Shown here: in pieces, positions 19,602 through 30,526 of the stretch
Numbering within the stretch: position 1 is the stretch's first letter
Layout: each line of letters opens with the position of its first letter
Made by a program: the position numbers and the translations under genes
Notes under the pieces: model-generated
What the model saw: only the letters and a program-made list of their open reading frames with translations
Database searches by the model: none
Told to the model about the DNA's origin: nothing
Virus record (IMG/VR): IMGVR_UViG_3300044856_000190
Span: 2,195 to 66,194 of that record
DNA length: 64,000 nucleotides
Source of the DNA: a virus
Lineage: Duplodnaviria; Caudoviricetes
Strand: one strand, 5' to 3'

Positions 19602-20204
19602 ATGAAAGAACAATATAAATCAGCATTAAACAATATTATTTCAGATTGTATTCATCTGAATACTGATATCAGTAATCAATATAATGATTCTAAACTTCCG
19701 AAATTTATAATCAAATTATTGATTTTAAGAAAAAAGAGAAAGCTATTAGCTTGTGTGAATAAAATTAAAAGAGGGAATGTACCATTAACTAGAGTTGATT
19801 TAATGTCTTTTTTTAATTATATAATGTCTAGTTTTCCATTAGAAGAAAGATTTGGTCATATTTATAATTGTAGAATTATAACTACAGAATTTGAATCTTT
19901 TTTGGAAGCTAGTATTAATATAGAAGATAGAATTCTACATAATTCTACTATCAAGAAAATACAAGCAGTTTTTAAATTTAATATATTTATGAGAAATCAA
20001 TATAAATTTACATTAAATTTATCTGTTATTGATGATATAGATTGTAGATTTCACTTTGATATTGATTTAAAAGAATTATTCTATAATGGTAAAAAGTATT
20101 TATCAGATGAAAAATTTTTATTGACTGAGAGTATTAAGATTATAAATAAGACTATTTATAATGATATTTCAGATTATATAAAAAATGTAATTATGGAATT
20201 CTAA
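19602..20204 (+). CDS. hypothetical protein (200 aa)
   Basis: SD AAGGAG; operonic. Confidence 0.7.
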   Translation: MKEQYKSALNNIISDCIHLNTDISNQYNDSKLPKFIIKLLILRKKRKLLACVNKIKRGNVPLTRVDLMSFFNYIMSSFPLEERFGHIYNCRIITTEFESFLEASINIEDRILHNSTIKKIQAVFKFNIFMRNQYKFTLNLSVIDDIDCRFHFDIDLKELFYNGKKYLSDEKFLLTESIKIINKTIYNDISDYIKNVIMEF

Positions 20205-20218
20205 AAGGAGGCAATAAG

Positions 20219-20977
20219 ATGTCTAATAAGATTATAGATTGTGCTCGTGCTTATGATGATTTAGTAGAATCAATAACTAGGGGACCTGGTGGTGCTTTAT
20301 ATGATTTTGTAGATTGTTATAATGATCTCACTGTTTCTATATTTAAGGTAAAAAGAATAAATTTCAAAAAGAAAAATAAAGAAAAAGCTGATAAATTCTT
20401 CGAGCTGTATGAATATTTATTTGATCCAGATACATTTAAATTTATATTCTTTGATGTAATAAAATGGTTTGCAGAATTTTTATTTTATTCTCGGCGATTC
20501 TTTTATCAGAATAGTAAGAATGATAGATGTTATACTACATATACTGATGAAAATAAAGATAACTTTGAATTGGTAATCAATGATATTATTTTTAATCAAT
20601 TGATTACCTTTACTTTTGATAAATCAAAAATTCAAAAGATAAACAATGACCCTTTTAATTTTTTAGGAATATTTGATTCTGATGATAATCAATTCCTTAG
20701 ATTTATCAAAATAGATGTTAGAGATAATTCTGGAAGTCACAAATATATGAAGCTAATTGAAGGGGAAGATGTACCAGAAAGTGACAAGGAATACTTCTCT
20801 AATTTTGTTCAGCTTATGTATGAAAATATTTTATCAGCATTTATATGTATATCAGAAGATCATATTCTTGGATTTGAATATATTGATAAAAATAAGAAAA
20901 TAAGAGTAAAGGATATATTAGAAGACAATGTACGAGTATATAGACACAGTAAAACCTGGAAGAGGAACATTAATTGA
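20219..20977 (+). CDS. hypothetical protein (252 aa)
   Basis: SD AAGGAGG; operonic. Confidence 0.7.
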   Translation: MSNKIIDCARAYDDLVESITRGPGGALYDFVDCYNDLTVSIFKVKRINFKKKNKEKADKFFELYEYLFDPDTFKFIFFDVIKWFAEFLFYSRRFFYQNSKNDRCYTTYTDENKDNFELVINDIIFNQLITFTFDKSKIQKINNDPFNFLGIFDSDDNQFLRFIKIDVRDNSGSHKYMKLIEGEDVPESDKEYFSNFVQLMYENILSAFICISEDHILGFEYIDKNKKIRVKDILEDNVRVYRHSKTWKRNIN

Positions 20978-22076
20978 AGTTCATCTTGCAGATTTACATT
21001 TTGGAGCTTTTAATCCAGAAACACAATTTAATATATTAATGGAGCAGGTTTATAATAAAATTATTACTCTTCCTAAGATAGATATTATATCTATTGATGG
21101 AGATATTTTTGATCATAAAGTTATGAGTAATTCTGATGTAGTATTATATGCTACAAGATTTATTGATTACTTAGTAAACCTTTGTAGAGATAAGAATGCT
21201 ACACTTGTAATTTTAGCAGGAACTTATTCTCATGATTTCGACCAGTTAAAACTATTTTATCATTATATGGATAAAAATACAAATTCAAATACTGACGTAA
21301 GAGTAATCACGCATATGCAATTTGAGATTATTAAAGGTGCTAGAATTTTAATGATACCTGAGTTAAATGGAGTTAGTGAAGATATATACAGAAGATTTTT
21401 CTTTGAATCTGGATATTATGATGAAGCATTTGTACATGGTACATTTGAAGGTTCTGTATATGGAAATCTTACTTCTGGAAGTAGTAGACTTTTAACAGCA
21501 AATGATTTTATTTACTGTAAAGGTGTAGCTATATCTGGTCATGTTCATAAACCAGGATGCTTTCAAGGATTCTACTATTATTGTGGTTGTCCTTATCGGT
21601 GGAAGTTTGGAGAAGAGGAAGAAAAAGGATTTCTTATAGTAGCTCATGATTTAGATACTCAGATTCATTATGTTGATTTTGAACCTGTAAAATCTTTCAG
21701 ATATATAACAATATATTTGGATGAATTAGTTTCAGAAGATCCTAAGAAGATATGTGATTACATCAATACAAGAAGAGTAAATGAAGGAATAGATTATATT
21801 AAGGTAAAGTTTCGTGTACCTGTACCTGGATATAATAAAACTATTATATCTAATTACTATCGAAATAATCCAACAACATTTGTAGAATTTTTAGCTCAAG
21901 AGGAAATTGAAAAGAAGAAACAAGAGTTAGAATTGGCAAATACTAAGTATGATTATTTGATTGATAATTCTATTTCTGATTTAGATCGTTTTGTTCGTTA
22001 TGTAAATGAATCTGAGGGATGTGAATTTATTACAGTTCAAAAATTGACAGAATTATTAAATGATAAGATAATTTAG
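20928..22076 (+). CDS. sbcD: SbcD/Mre11-family metallophosphoesterase nuclease
   Basis: ADLHFG, GDIFDH, GTYSHD, HGTF, SGHVH and YCGCPYRWKFGEEEEKGF motifs. Confidence 0.9.
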   Translation: MYEYIDTVKPGRGTLIEVHLADLHFGAFNPETQFNILMEQVYNKIITLPKIDIISIDGDIFDHKVMSNSDVVLYATRFIDYLVNLCRDKNATLVILAGTYSHDFDQLKLFYHYMDKNTNSNTDVRVITHMQFEIIKGARILMIPELNGVSEDIYRRFFFESGYYDEAFVHGTFEGSVYGNLTSGSSRLLTANDFIYCKGVAISGHVHKPGCFQGFYYYCGCPYRWKFGEEEEKGFLIVAHDLDTQIHYVDFEPVKSFRYITIYLDELVSEDPKKICDYINTRRVNEGIDYIKVKFRVPVPGYNKTIISNYYRNNPTTFVEFLAQEEIEKKKQELELANTKYDYLIDNSISDLDRFVRYVNESEGCEFITVQKLTELLNDKII

Positions 22077-22117
22077 ATATTATCTATTCTGGAACACCAG
22101 AATAATCTCGAAAATTT

Positions 22118-23947
22118 TTGAAAAGGAAGTTCGACATAATGATCATTAATACGAATAATAAAATTAGGACAAATCAAAGATCATCAAAGCCGTCAAAAGT
22201 AAAAATAAATTTAGATGAAAAAACTTACAATATTCTTTGTAAGTATGTATTACAAGACCCATCAGTTGTAAGAATGGAGCATCTGGTAAATTTGAAAAAG
22301 ATGATGAGTGTAATAGACCATTCATCTTATGAGAATAATCCTGAATTAGTAAAAAGAGTTAATTTTATTAATAAAGCTTTGGAAGCTAGATTAGATTTTA
22401 ATCTTACAGACCCTGATATGATTATCGTTCATACAAATGGTGGTCTTACATTTAAAGTAGATTTCTTAGACTATGATCATATTTCAATGGGAAACGATGC
22501 TGTTGAATGGTGTCATAGAATGGTTTCTCAAACTTTACAATATGCATTCATTGATTATAATATCAATGATTTGCAAGATATCATAACTCGTTATAAAACA
22601 ACTGATTATGGTAGTAGAGGAAATATTATTGATGACTTAGAAAGAGAAATTGATATTATTAAGAATGGATTCAGACAAGTAAAAACTGAAAGTAATATCA
22701 ATGACGTTACATTTTCTCTTAGAGATGGAGCATTTGAATCAGCAATTACAGATACATATAATATCGTAACAAGTCCATCAAGAAGATTGATGACTGGTAT
22801 GCAAGGACTTAATGAAATGGTTGGTGGTGGATTTGAGTCTGGTCGTGTTTATATGTTTCTTGGAACATCTGGAGTTGGTAAATCAGTTACATTGTTGAAT
22901 TTATTATATCAGCTCAAGATATATAACAAACAATACAGAGTAAAAGACCCAACAAAGAAACCTTGTGTTGTATTATTAACAATGGAGAATACTGTAGTAG
23001 AAACATTAACTCGTCTATTTGATATGGTAGTTGATAATTCTCATGGTATGCAGAATTATGATCTTCAAGATGTAATTCGTTTATTAAGAGAAGAGGGACA
23101 GTTAAAGATTACAGAGAGTTCTCCAATTGATATTGTAATTAGATATAAAGCAAATAAATCTGTTGATACAAGTTATCTGTATACTTTATATGATAATTTG
23201 GAAGACCAAGGATATGAACCTATTTGTCTTATCCAAGATCATATTAAAAGAATTAGGTCAGTTGATGCAAATCAAGATATTCGTATTGAATTGGGAGATA
23301 CAGTCAATGAATTTAAAGTATTTGCATCTACAAAACAGATACCAGTAATTACAGTATCACATTTGAACAGAGATGCAACTAGAGTATTGGAAGATGCAGC
23401 TCGTAGAGGAAATCAAGATAATGGTAGATTATTAGGAAAATCTAATATTGGTGAATCATTATTGATGATTGATAATATTGACTGTGCAATGATTCTTACA
23501 AAAGATTATGATAGAGATGGAAATTGCTATATGACTTTCAATAGAATTAAGATGAGAGATAAAGGTTCTAAGAGAGAATATATAGCTCAGCCATTTGTAA
23601 TGGGTAATGAGATTAGATTAATCGAAGATCTCTATGGTCCTGCACAGTTTAAAGAATCAATTCATTGTGAGGTATTTAATAATACTGGTTCTATGGCATT
23701 GAGTGGTTCATCAGCTATGACTCCTGGTCAAGTTGTTGAAGCTATTCCAAAAGATGGAGATAATGCATTTGCTAAGAAAGAGTTCTTTAAACCAGAATCT
23801 ATTACAGAGAATACAAATATGGAAGATCAAAGAAATGCATTACAAGAGCAATTATCTGGAATTATGCAAAGTAATGTTATTCCATTCTCTCCAGTATTCT
23901 TTAAACCAGTATGTCCAGTACATTTTCAGCTTAAAATTATGGTCTAG
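22118..23947 (+). CDS. dnaB: DnaB-family replicative helicase (start may be ATG 22139)
   Basis: Walker A GTSGVGKS, TMEN, IQDHI, VSHLNRD, IGESLLMIDNID and KMR motifs. Confidence 0.9.
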   Translation: MKRKFDIMIINTNNKIRTNQRSSKPSKVKINLDEKTYNILCKYVLQDPSVVRMEHLVNLKKMMSVIDHSSYENNPELVKRVNFINKALEARLDFNLTDPDMIIVHTNGGLTFKVDFLDYDHISMGNDAVEWCHRMVSQTLQYAFIDYNINDLQDIITRYKTTDYGSRGNIIDDLEREIDIIKNGFRQVKTESNINDVTFSLRDGAFESAITDTYNIVTSPSRRLMTGMQGLNEMVGGGFESGRVYMFLGTSGVGKSVTLLNLLYQLKIYNKQYRVKDPTKKPCVVLLTMENTVVETLTRLFDMVVDNSHGMQNYDLQDVIRLLREEGQLKITESSPIDIVIRYKANKSVDTSYLYTLYDNLEDQGYEPICLIQDHIKRIRSVDANQDIRIELGDTVNEFKVFASTKQIPVITVSHLNRDATRVLEDAARRGNQDNGRLLGKSNIGESLLMIDNIDCAMILTKDYDRDGNCYMTFNRIKMRDKGSKREYIAQPFVMGNEIRLIEDLYGPAQFKESIHCEVFNNTGSMALSGSSAMTPGQVVEAIPKDGDNAFAKKEFFKPESITENTNMEDQRNALQEQLSGIMQSNVIPFSPVFFKPVCPVHFQLKIMV

Positions 23948-23965
23948 GTATTACTACCTAGACCA
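23940..23965. terminator. bidirectional terminator
   Basis: TGGTCTAGGTA/TACCTAGACCA between dnaB and the gp53-like gene. Confidence 0.75.
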
Positions 23966-23971
23966 TTTTAT

Positions 23972-24406
23972 TTAGATTCTTGTTTGTAAACCTAATTCAC
24001 TTCTATTCATAGCAATATAGTTATACTCTCCGCTATAGACACTATTTAAGAAGCGAGAAAGTTTAGAAGCATAAGGAAGTTTTATCTTCTTACGATCAAA
24101 CTCCTTTGGATCTATCATGTCATTTACCAGTAATAGAATAAAATCTAACTGGACAGATCCATATACATCATATGCTAATAAATCTGGTGCATATTTATAT
24201 TTCCTATATTCATCATCTGTTAATTCAATTTCAACAGACATATCAGTTAATTCTGGAATATAATCTTCTACTATATTTCTATCAAGATGCTGAATATTTC
24301 CATTTGTTTCTAAAATAGAAAAATTGTAATATGTCATGTCATCTGCAACTTTCATCTGAATAAAAGAATCCAAAGTATATGTTGTTGCTGGTGTTCTTGT
24401 AGCCAT
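23972..24406 (-). CDS. baseplate wedge protein, T4 gp53/LysM-like
   Basis: YKYAPDLLAYDVYGS..LDFILLLVNDMIDP; start reassigned to ATG 24406 (SD AAGGGGAG); AACA-N6-TA at 24430-24441. Confidence 0.75.
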   Translation of the reverse strand: MATRTPATTYTLDSFIQMKVADDMTYYNFSILETNGNIQHLDRNIVEDYIPELTDMSVEIELTDDEYRKYKYAPDLLAYDVYGSVQLDFILLLVNDMIDPKEFDRKKIKLPYASKLSRFLNSVYSGEYNYIAMNRSELGLQTRI

Positions 24407-24429
24407 ACAAATCTCCCCTTTCATGCAAT

Positions 24430-24441
24430 TATAAACATGTT
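24430..24441 (-). promoter_or_regulatory. AACA-N6-TA promoter of the gp53-like gene
   Basis: AACA TGTTTA TA. Confidence 0.65.
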
Positions 24442-24543
24442 TTTGATAATAAACTATATACATGAAAGGAGAAATTGAATATGAATACAGGATAATTAAT
24501 TTTTAAAAATGAATGATACTCATTAGTAATGGAGGATTAAGAA

Positions 24544-26658
24544 ATGAAATATAATCAAAAATATCATTACCCATATGAAGACCTGTGTAATACAGGTCAT
24601 CAAACAATCTATACGAAAGATTTAAATCAAGATAATATTAATAGTCATTTTAATTCGATTATTAATATTTTAAAAGATGGTATTGAAACACCTGAAGTTC
24701 AAGCGATGATGCTTCATGTCGTGTTCGAAAATGATACTGACTTAGATTTAAGTATATTCGATTATACAATCAATCTAATGTTTTGGCAATTCTGTACAAT
24801 TGTGAATCATCCAATCTGGGATGTACATGTGATATTCCCAGAAGATATTACAAAGAAATATATCAAAGAGTATATTGATAATATATTCGTTGATAAGTAT
24901 AGAAAGAAACTTCCATTTATAGAACTCAATCAAACGATTGATGCAGTAATTGGAAAGTTTAGAGATCTTAGACAGTTCCAGATGTATTTGGCAAATACAT
25001 TAAATCTTGAGGATACTATAGATCTTATGAATAAGTATCCAGAGTTCAATGAAACTGTTCACTTTGATACAACTGGCATTCCTCTTGAAGATATTAAGGA
25101 AGCTGGTATGGCAGCTACAAATAAACAGATCAGATATATAAAGAATTCTGATCACTGTTTAAGAGATTCATTCAGAACTGGTGAAGCAATATCTCCAAAG
25201 CAGTATATAGAGGTTGCTGTTAATATTGGATCAAAGCCAGATGGACAAGGATCAGTATTCCCTCATCCAATCAAGCATTCATTTATGAATGGTGGTTTAC
25301 AATCAGCAGAAGAAATATGTATTGAATCTTCTGTAGGTCGAGTAGCTCAGATTTTACAGAAAACAAACGTTGGTGAATCAGGTGCGTTTGCTAGACAGCT
25401 TGAGCTGAATAATCAGGATACTTTCTTAAATCCAGATCCAAACTATGTCTGTGATACACATAATTTCGAAGAGATTACTATTGAGAATGAAACTATGCTT
25501 AATATGTATGATCTGAGATATTATAGAACCAATCCAAACGGTATTGATAAGAAACTCAATGCTAAGAAAGATAAAAATCTTATCGGTCAACGATTATTCT
25601 TTAGATCTCCAATGACTTGTGCAAGTGCTGCAAGAGGACATGGTATTTGCTATAAGTGTTATGGTGATCTTGCATATGCTGAGCAGGAAATCAATATTGG
25701 ACAGATTGCTGCAGAAGGATTATCTTCTATCTATACACAGATCTTACTTTCTGCAAAGCATCTTCTTGAATCTCTTGTTATTAAAATGGAATGGACAAAG
25801 CAATTCTATGAATTGTTTACTATTACTTTTAATACAATTGCTTTAAAGGAGAATGGTACTTATCGTGGATATAAATTGATTATCGATGATGATATTAAAT
25901 CTGAGGAGGAGATAGATGATATAGAATATAATTACTATATCAATAGCTTTATTGTAAGAACTCCTGATGGAGAAGATATTAAAATCAAAACAACAGAAGC
26001 TGATAATATTTATATTGAACCAGATTTCTATCAATATATTATGTCAGTTCAACCTGAGGATGATAATTCTGATGAATCTTACTATGTAGAATTAAACATG
26101 GTAGATTTAATGGATTTCCCAGTTCTGTTTGTAGTTCAGGTAAGAAATAATGAGTTATCTGCAACTATGGATAAGATTAAGAAATTGATAGATAATAAAT
26201 CTATTATCGAATCTTATGATCGTAATTCAATTCTGAAAGAATTTATTACGACAAATATTCAAGGTAATATCAAATTAAATGCAGTACATTTTGAGGTATT
26301 ACTTATGAATCAGATTAGAGCTGCTGATGATGATCTTGATGTTCCTGATTGGACAATTCCAAATGCTCCATACAAGATTCTGACATTGAGTAAATCATTA
26401 TCAGAAAATAGATCAATCACTGTTAGATTACAGTCTAACAAAGTTTCAAAAGCTCTTTCAAATCCACAAAATAGATTTATCAGTAAACCTTCGATGACTG
26501 ATATCTATTTCATGGAACAGCCTCAGGAATATTTAGATCCAGAAATGATCTCAGATGAGTATGTTCCGAAGAGTGATAAAGAAGAAGAAGTTATCCAACC
26601 AATTAGTTTTGATAATCCAAAACTTAGAGTTGGTAGAAGAATAGGTAAAAAGAAATGA
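24544..26658 (+). CDS. rpoC: split multisubunit RNA polymerase beta' C-terminal subunit (704 aa)
   Basis: Bridge-helix-like KTNVGESGAFARQL; Zn site RSPMTC...ICYKCYG; trigger-loop-like NIGQIAAEGLSSIYTQILLSAKH. Confidence 0.9.
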   Translation: MKYNQKYHYPYEDLCNTGHQTIYTKDLNQDNINSHFNSIINILKDGIETPEVQAMMLHVVFENDTDLDLSIFDYTINLMFWQFCTIVNHPIWDVHVIFPEDITKKYIKEYIDNIFVDKYRKKLPFIELNQTIDAVIGKFRDLRQFQMYLANTLNLEDTIDLMNKYPEFNETVHFDTTGIPLEDIKEAGMAATNKQIRYIKNSDHCLRDSFRTGEAISPKQYIEVAVNIGSKPDGQGSVFPHPIKHSFMNGGLQSAEEICIESSVGRVAQILQKTNVGESGAFARQLELNNQDTFLNPDPNYVCDTHNFEEITIENETMLNMYDLRYYRTNPNGIDKKLNAKKDKNLIGQRLFFRSPMTCASAARGHGICYKCYGDLAYAEQEINIGQIAAEGLSSIYTQILLSAKHLLESLVIKMEWTKQFYELFTITFNTIALKENGTYRGYKLIIDDDIKSEEEIDDIEYNYYINSFIVRTPDGEDIKIKTTEADNIYIEPDFYQYIMSVQPEDDNSDESYYVELNMVDLMDFPVLFVVQVRNNELSATMDKIKKLIDNKSIIESYDRNSILKEFITTNIQGNIKLNAVHFEVLLMNQIRAADDDLDVPDWTIPNAPYKILTLSKSLSENRSITVRLQSNKVSKALSNPQNRFISKPSMTDIYFMEQPQEYLDPEMISDEYVPKSDKEEEVIQPISFDNPKLRVGRRIGKKK

Positions 26659-26719
26659 TACTACTTTATGCTAGATAGGTTTATTCCCTATCTAGCATTT
26701 ATTTTGAAAGGATAATAAT

Positions 26720-27037
26720 ATGAATAAAGATAAATACAAAATGCCGAGAGAATTAATACTTCAGATAAATAAATTAATAATAAAAGGATACAAAGTTAAT
26801 AAAGCACCATTCTATACAATACATAAGTATTGCTTCAATATTTATAATGATATTGGATACGGATTCATGATACTTTTTGCTAAGAAATTAGGCAAAACAA
26901 ATTGGAACTGTTCTATATATAAGGATTATATTATAATATTCAGAGATAAGCATTCTCCAAAAAGTCTTGAAGAAGATGTAGAAGATTTGGAGAAATGTAT
27001 AGATAATATTCCTCCTCGTAATGCAGTAGTTGTTTAG
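26720..27037 (+). CDS. paralog family C, copy 1 (105 aa, no Zn ribbon)
   Basis: LIIKGYKV...AKKLGKTNWNC...EDLEKCIDNIP shared with the next two ORFs. Confidence 0.65.
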   Translation: MNKDKYKMPRELILQINKLIIKGYKVNKAPFYTIHKYCFNIYNDIGYGFMILFAKKLGKTNWNCSIYKDYIIIFRDKHSPKSLEEDVEDLEKCIDNIPPRNAVVV

Positions 27038-27054
27038 AAAGGAAATGATACTAT

Positions 27055-27564
27055 ATGAGAGAAGATATTGTAGGTGGAGATTATTGTGCTCTTTGTCCTA
27101 ATTGTGGAGAACCAATATGGAGTGGTAGAATCGAAACAAGAATTATTACAGATGATGGATATGAGTCTATATTTGAACCTCTATATCCAGATGATGAAGC
27201 TATTACTTTTAATTCTACAAAGCAAAAATGTAAGAATTGTAAAAAAGATAATATACAGCACATAAAAGTTGTAGATAAAGCTTTAAAAGATATTGGTAAA
27301 GAATTGATTACTAAAGGGTATTGGTTCAGTATCAATATATTTAAAAATGATGCATACGAAATATTATTCTATGATAATATTGTTTATTCAAAGTTGGCAA
27401 AAGAATTAGAAAATTCAGATTGGGATTGTAAGAAATTACCTTCTGGACTAATAGAGGTTAAATTTAATCCTAAGATTGAGAATACAGTTTGTAATGATTA
27501 TGAGATTAATACATTATATTCTGCAATCCAAAAATTACCGTCAAAAAGAAAGAGAGGAAAATAA
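27055..27564 (+). CDS. paralog family C, copy 2, Zn-ribbon protein (169 aa)
   Basis: CPNCG...CKNC; LITKGYW...AKELENSDWDC...LYSAIQKLP. Confidence 0.65.
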   Translation: MREDIVGGDYCALCPNCGEPIWSGRIETRIITDDGYESIFEPLYPDDEAITFNSTKQKCKNCKKDNIQHIKVVDKALKDIGKELITKGYWFSINIFKNDAYEILFYDNIVYSKLAKELENSDWDCKKLPSGLIEVKFNPKIENTVCNDYEINTLYSAIQKLPSKRKRGK

Positions 27565-28124
27565 TGAGTAAAAGAAATATATTTCCAACTAGGAAAAAAT
27601 CAATTTCATTAATATGTCCAAAGTGTGGTAAGGTATTAGATAAATGGACAATAGAGTTCCATGTAGAATTGGTATCAAATCATTTTGCTATAGAGCCAAA
27701 AATTTCATATAATTATCATACTATACTTTTAGAGTGTAAGTCTGATTTACACAAACCTGTATCTGTAAATCCAATTATAATTAATTCTAAGCTTGCTAAT
27801 ATTGTAACTATGCTTATTAGAAAGAATTATAAGGTATTATCAGGAATATTAGCAGCAGGACTTTCAGAATCAGAGATAAATATTTACAATTCATATGGAT
27901 CTACAATGATGTTGATGGATGTAGAATCATTCATAAATAGAAGTAAGTATTGGAGCGTGAAGAATAATTACACTTTAGCTCCATCAACTGCAGTGATAAG
28001 TATTGGTTACAATAATCAAGATGAAGATATTCCAAAAGAGGCAATAGAAGATCTTGAAAGAATTGTAAATGAATTACCTACAATAGAAGAATTACCAGAT
28101 AAATCTAGATTTGCTTATTATTAG
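27564..28124 (+). CDS. paralog family C, copy 3, Zn-ribbon protein (186 aa)
   Basis: CPKCG...C..H; LIRKNYKV...YWSV...EDLERIVNELP. Confidence 0.6.
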   Translation: MSKRNIFPTRKKSISLICPKCGKVLDKWTIEFHVELVSNHFAIEPKISYNYHTILLECKSDLHKPVSVNPIIINSKLANIVTMLIRKNYKVLSGILAAGLSESEINIYNSYGSTMMLMDVESFINRSKYWSVKNNYTLAPSTAVISIGYNNQDEDIPKEAIEDLERIVNELPTIEELPDKSRFAYY

Positions 28125-28138
28125 AAAGGAGAAATAAT

Positions 28139-28702
28139 ATGGGCGCAGTTTATAATACAGAATTTACAATTAAAACAAAAGAAGGAACGGAAGATAAAAT
28201 ATTTGACAGGCTGAATCAGTTTATTGAAGCTGAGGATAGTAATAGTGTTGAATTTAAGATTCCTAAGATAAAAGCTAATGGAAACAATATGGAGACATAT
28301 TTGGATCTATTGAAGTTATTCTTCTCTACTTGTTCAAAACCAGCAAAAGATATTACTGTTGAAAGTAACGGATGCTTGTCATATAATAATGACTTTTGCG
28401 CAACATATGGATGGCTTGGTGTTATAGAAAACGTAATCCATATGATAGCAGAATACCTTGAAGATTATTCATATTTCTATATCGAGGCAGATAGCGCATG
28501 TGAATTATATGTCGTTAAGAATGGTAGTATTACAGAATATGAACCATCTTTTGATAATATTGAGAAATTATCTAGAACTCTTTCTATTACTTATGGTTCT
28601 GAAGTTAAAAGTGATGATGATTTAATTGTCACTAAACTGGATAAAGATTATGATAATACTCATATTCTTCAGGAAGGTGAATTAATAAAAGAAAATGATT
28701 GA
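28139..28702 (+). CDS. hypothetical protein (187 aa)
   Basis: SD AAGGAG; terminator at 28739-28766. Confidence 0.7.
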   Translation: MGAVYNTEFTIKTKEGTEDKIFDRLNQFIEAEDSNSVEFKIPKIKANGNNMETYLDLLKLFFSTCSKPAKDITVESNGCLSYNNDFCATYGWLGVIENVIHMIAEYLEDYSYFYIEADSACELYVVKNGSITEYEPSFDNIEKLSRTLSITYGSEVKSDDDLIVTKLDKDYDNTHILQEGELIKEND

Positions 28703-28782
28703 TTTTACATGTATTTAAAACTAAAATCAATTTAATAATAAAGGATAGTGCAAAAACTATCCTTTATTTTTTGGAGGAACAA

Positions 28783-30405
28783 ATGGAAGATAAAATTATA
28801 GTAAGTAATACTCATATCTGTATTACAAATTATACTATGGGTGATTGTGAACAGCTTGAAAATATTTTCAGAACCTTTGATCCAGTTACCCACAAATTTA
28901 ATTCATTTGGAATGTATTATGATAAAGATAATAAGAGATTGTATATTCCTGCTGGTATTGATTTATGGAGAATCAAGAGAATGTTTGAGCAGAAATATTA
29001 TAAACGTGAGATACATCACAAATATCAAACTATTGATAATATTTTGATTAAAGCAAAACCAAGAGATGACGAACAAAGACAAGCTCTAAGATTCATGTGT
29101 GGAGTTAATGAATATTCTGACAATTATGAATTAGCTCAATTATCACTAAATCTAAATACTGGTAAAGGAAAAACATATTGTTCAATTGCATCTATTTGCT
29201 TTTTCAGAATTAAATCTGTAATAATTACTGGATCTACAACATTATTAAATCAGTGGGCTCAAGAAATTATGAGATATACAAATCTTACTATGAAAGATAT
29301 TCTATTTATGAATGGATCTTCTGTTTGTAATATGGCTTTACAAGGGAAATCAAGAAAAGCAAAAGAAGCAAAGATATTCTTAATTACTCATGGTACTTTA
29401 AGATCATTTGCAGAGACTTATGGATGGGATAAAATTAATCTTTTATTTGAAGAATTAGGAATTGGACTTAAATTCTTTGATGAAGCTCATACAAACTTTG
29501 CTAATATGCTCATGATTGATTTCTTCACCAATGTATTTAAGACATTCTATGTGACAGCAACTCCAGGTAGAAGTAATTGGAGAGAAAATAATATCTTTCA
29601 AATCTCATTAAAGAATGTACCTAGTATTGATTTATTTGATGAGAATAATGATCCTCATACTTCTTATGTGGCAATCAAATGGAATTCTAGACCTACTCCA
29701 CAACAGATATCTGCTTGTAGAAATATGTATGGATTAGATAGAATGAAATACATTGATTATATTACAAAGCAACCATCATTCTATGATATGCTTAGAGTCA
29801 TTATGGATCTGGTTATAAAATGTAAAGGAAAAATTCTGATGTATATTGGAACTAATGATGGTATATTAAGAGTATACCACTGGATAGGAACTAATTATCC
29901 AGAATTTTTAGGGGATATTGGTATATTTACATCATTACTCGATAAATCAGCAAAGCTAAAAGAAAAAGAAACAAAGAAATTATTATTAACAACAACTAAG
30001 TCAGCTGGTTTAGGAGAACATATTCCTGGATTAAAAATGACAATTGTTTTAGCAGAACCTTTTAAGTCTGAGATTATTGCAAGGCAGACTTTAGGTAGAA
30101 CTAGAGATCCTAAGACTATGTATGTAGAATTAGTAGATCTTGGTTTTAAATATACTCGTAAATTCTATAATGATAAATTACGAGTATTTAATAAATATGC
30201 AACAGATGTTTCTGATACTCATATTGATCAATATGAGTTGGAAAGAAGATCTAAAATATTAGAAGAGGAAAGAATGAAATATCAAGAGTGTCCATTCGTT
30301 CTAGATGATAAAAGATTTGATTTTGATAAGGTATTACCTAAAAAGAAAGATCAAATTAATCAAAATGAACCTATGTGTCCTGTATTTTTCGTTCCGAAAA
30401 AGTAA
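28783..30405 (+). CDS. SF2 (UvsW/DEAD-like) helicase
   Basis: Start reassigned to ATG 28783 (SD GGAGG); PRDDEQ, NTGKGKT, FFDEAH, TATPGRS, SAGLGEHIPGL and QTLGRTR motifs. Confidence 0.9.
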   Translation: MEDKIIVSNTHICITNYTMGDCEQLENIFRTFDPVTHKFNSFGMYYDKDNKRLYIPAGIDLWRIKRMFEQKYYKREIHHKYQTIDNILIKAKPRDDEQRQALRFMCGVNEYSDNYELAQLSLNLNTGKGKTYCSIASICFFRIKSVIITGSTTLLNQWAQEIMRYTNLTMKDILFMNGSSVCNMALQGKSRKAKEAKIFLITHGTLRSFAETYGWDKINLLFEELGIGLKFFDEAHTNFANMLMIDFFTNVFKTFYVTATPGRSNWRENNIFQISLKNVPSIDLFDENNDPHTSYVAIKWNSRPTPQQISACRNMYGLDRMKYIDYITKQPSFYDMLRVIMDLVIKCKGKILMYIGTNDGILRVYHWIGTNYPEFLGDIGIFTSLLDKSAKLKEKETKKLLLTTTKSAGLGEHIPGLKMTIVLAEPFKSEIIARQTLGRTRDPKTMYVELVDLGFKYTRKFYNDKLRVFNKYATDVSDTHIDQYELERRSKILEEERMKYQECPFVLDDKRFDFDKVLPKKKDQINQNEPMCPVFFVPKK

Positions 30406-30425
30406 TAGTTAATTTTAGTTATAAT

Positions 30426-30497
30426 TATATATTATAATGATGAATTAATGATACTGGACCTCTTCTAATTAAGAGGTCTTAAACGATACTTCATCAT
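30426..30497 (+). promoter_or_regulatory. early-type promoter plus nested 5' hairpin
   Basis: TATATATTATAAT; ATGATGAA...GACCTCTT/AAGAGGTC...TTCATCAT. Confidence 0.6.
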
Positions 30498-30526
30498 ATT
30501 ATAATTATAAAAGGAGGAAACTATTT

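Noticed and set aside
19602-20977. Possible distant paralogy between the 200-aa and 252-aa ORFs
   Set aside because: Only vague similarity in pattern; no shared motif I could align confidently
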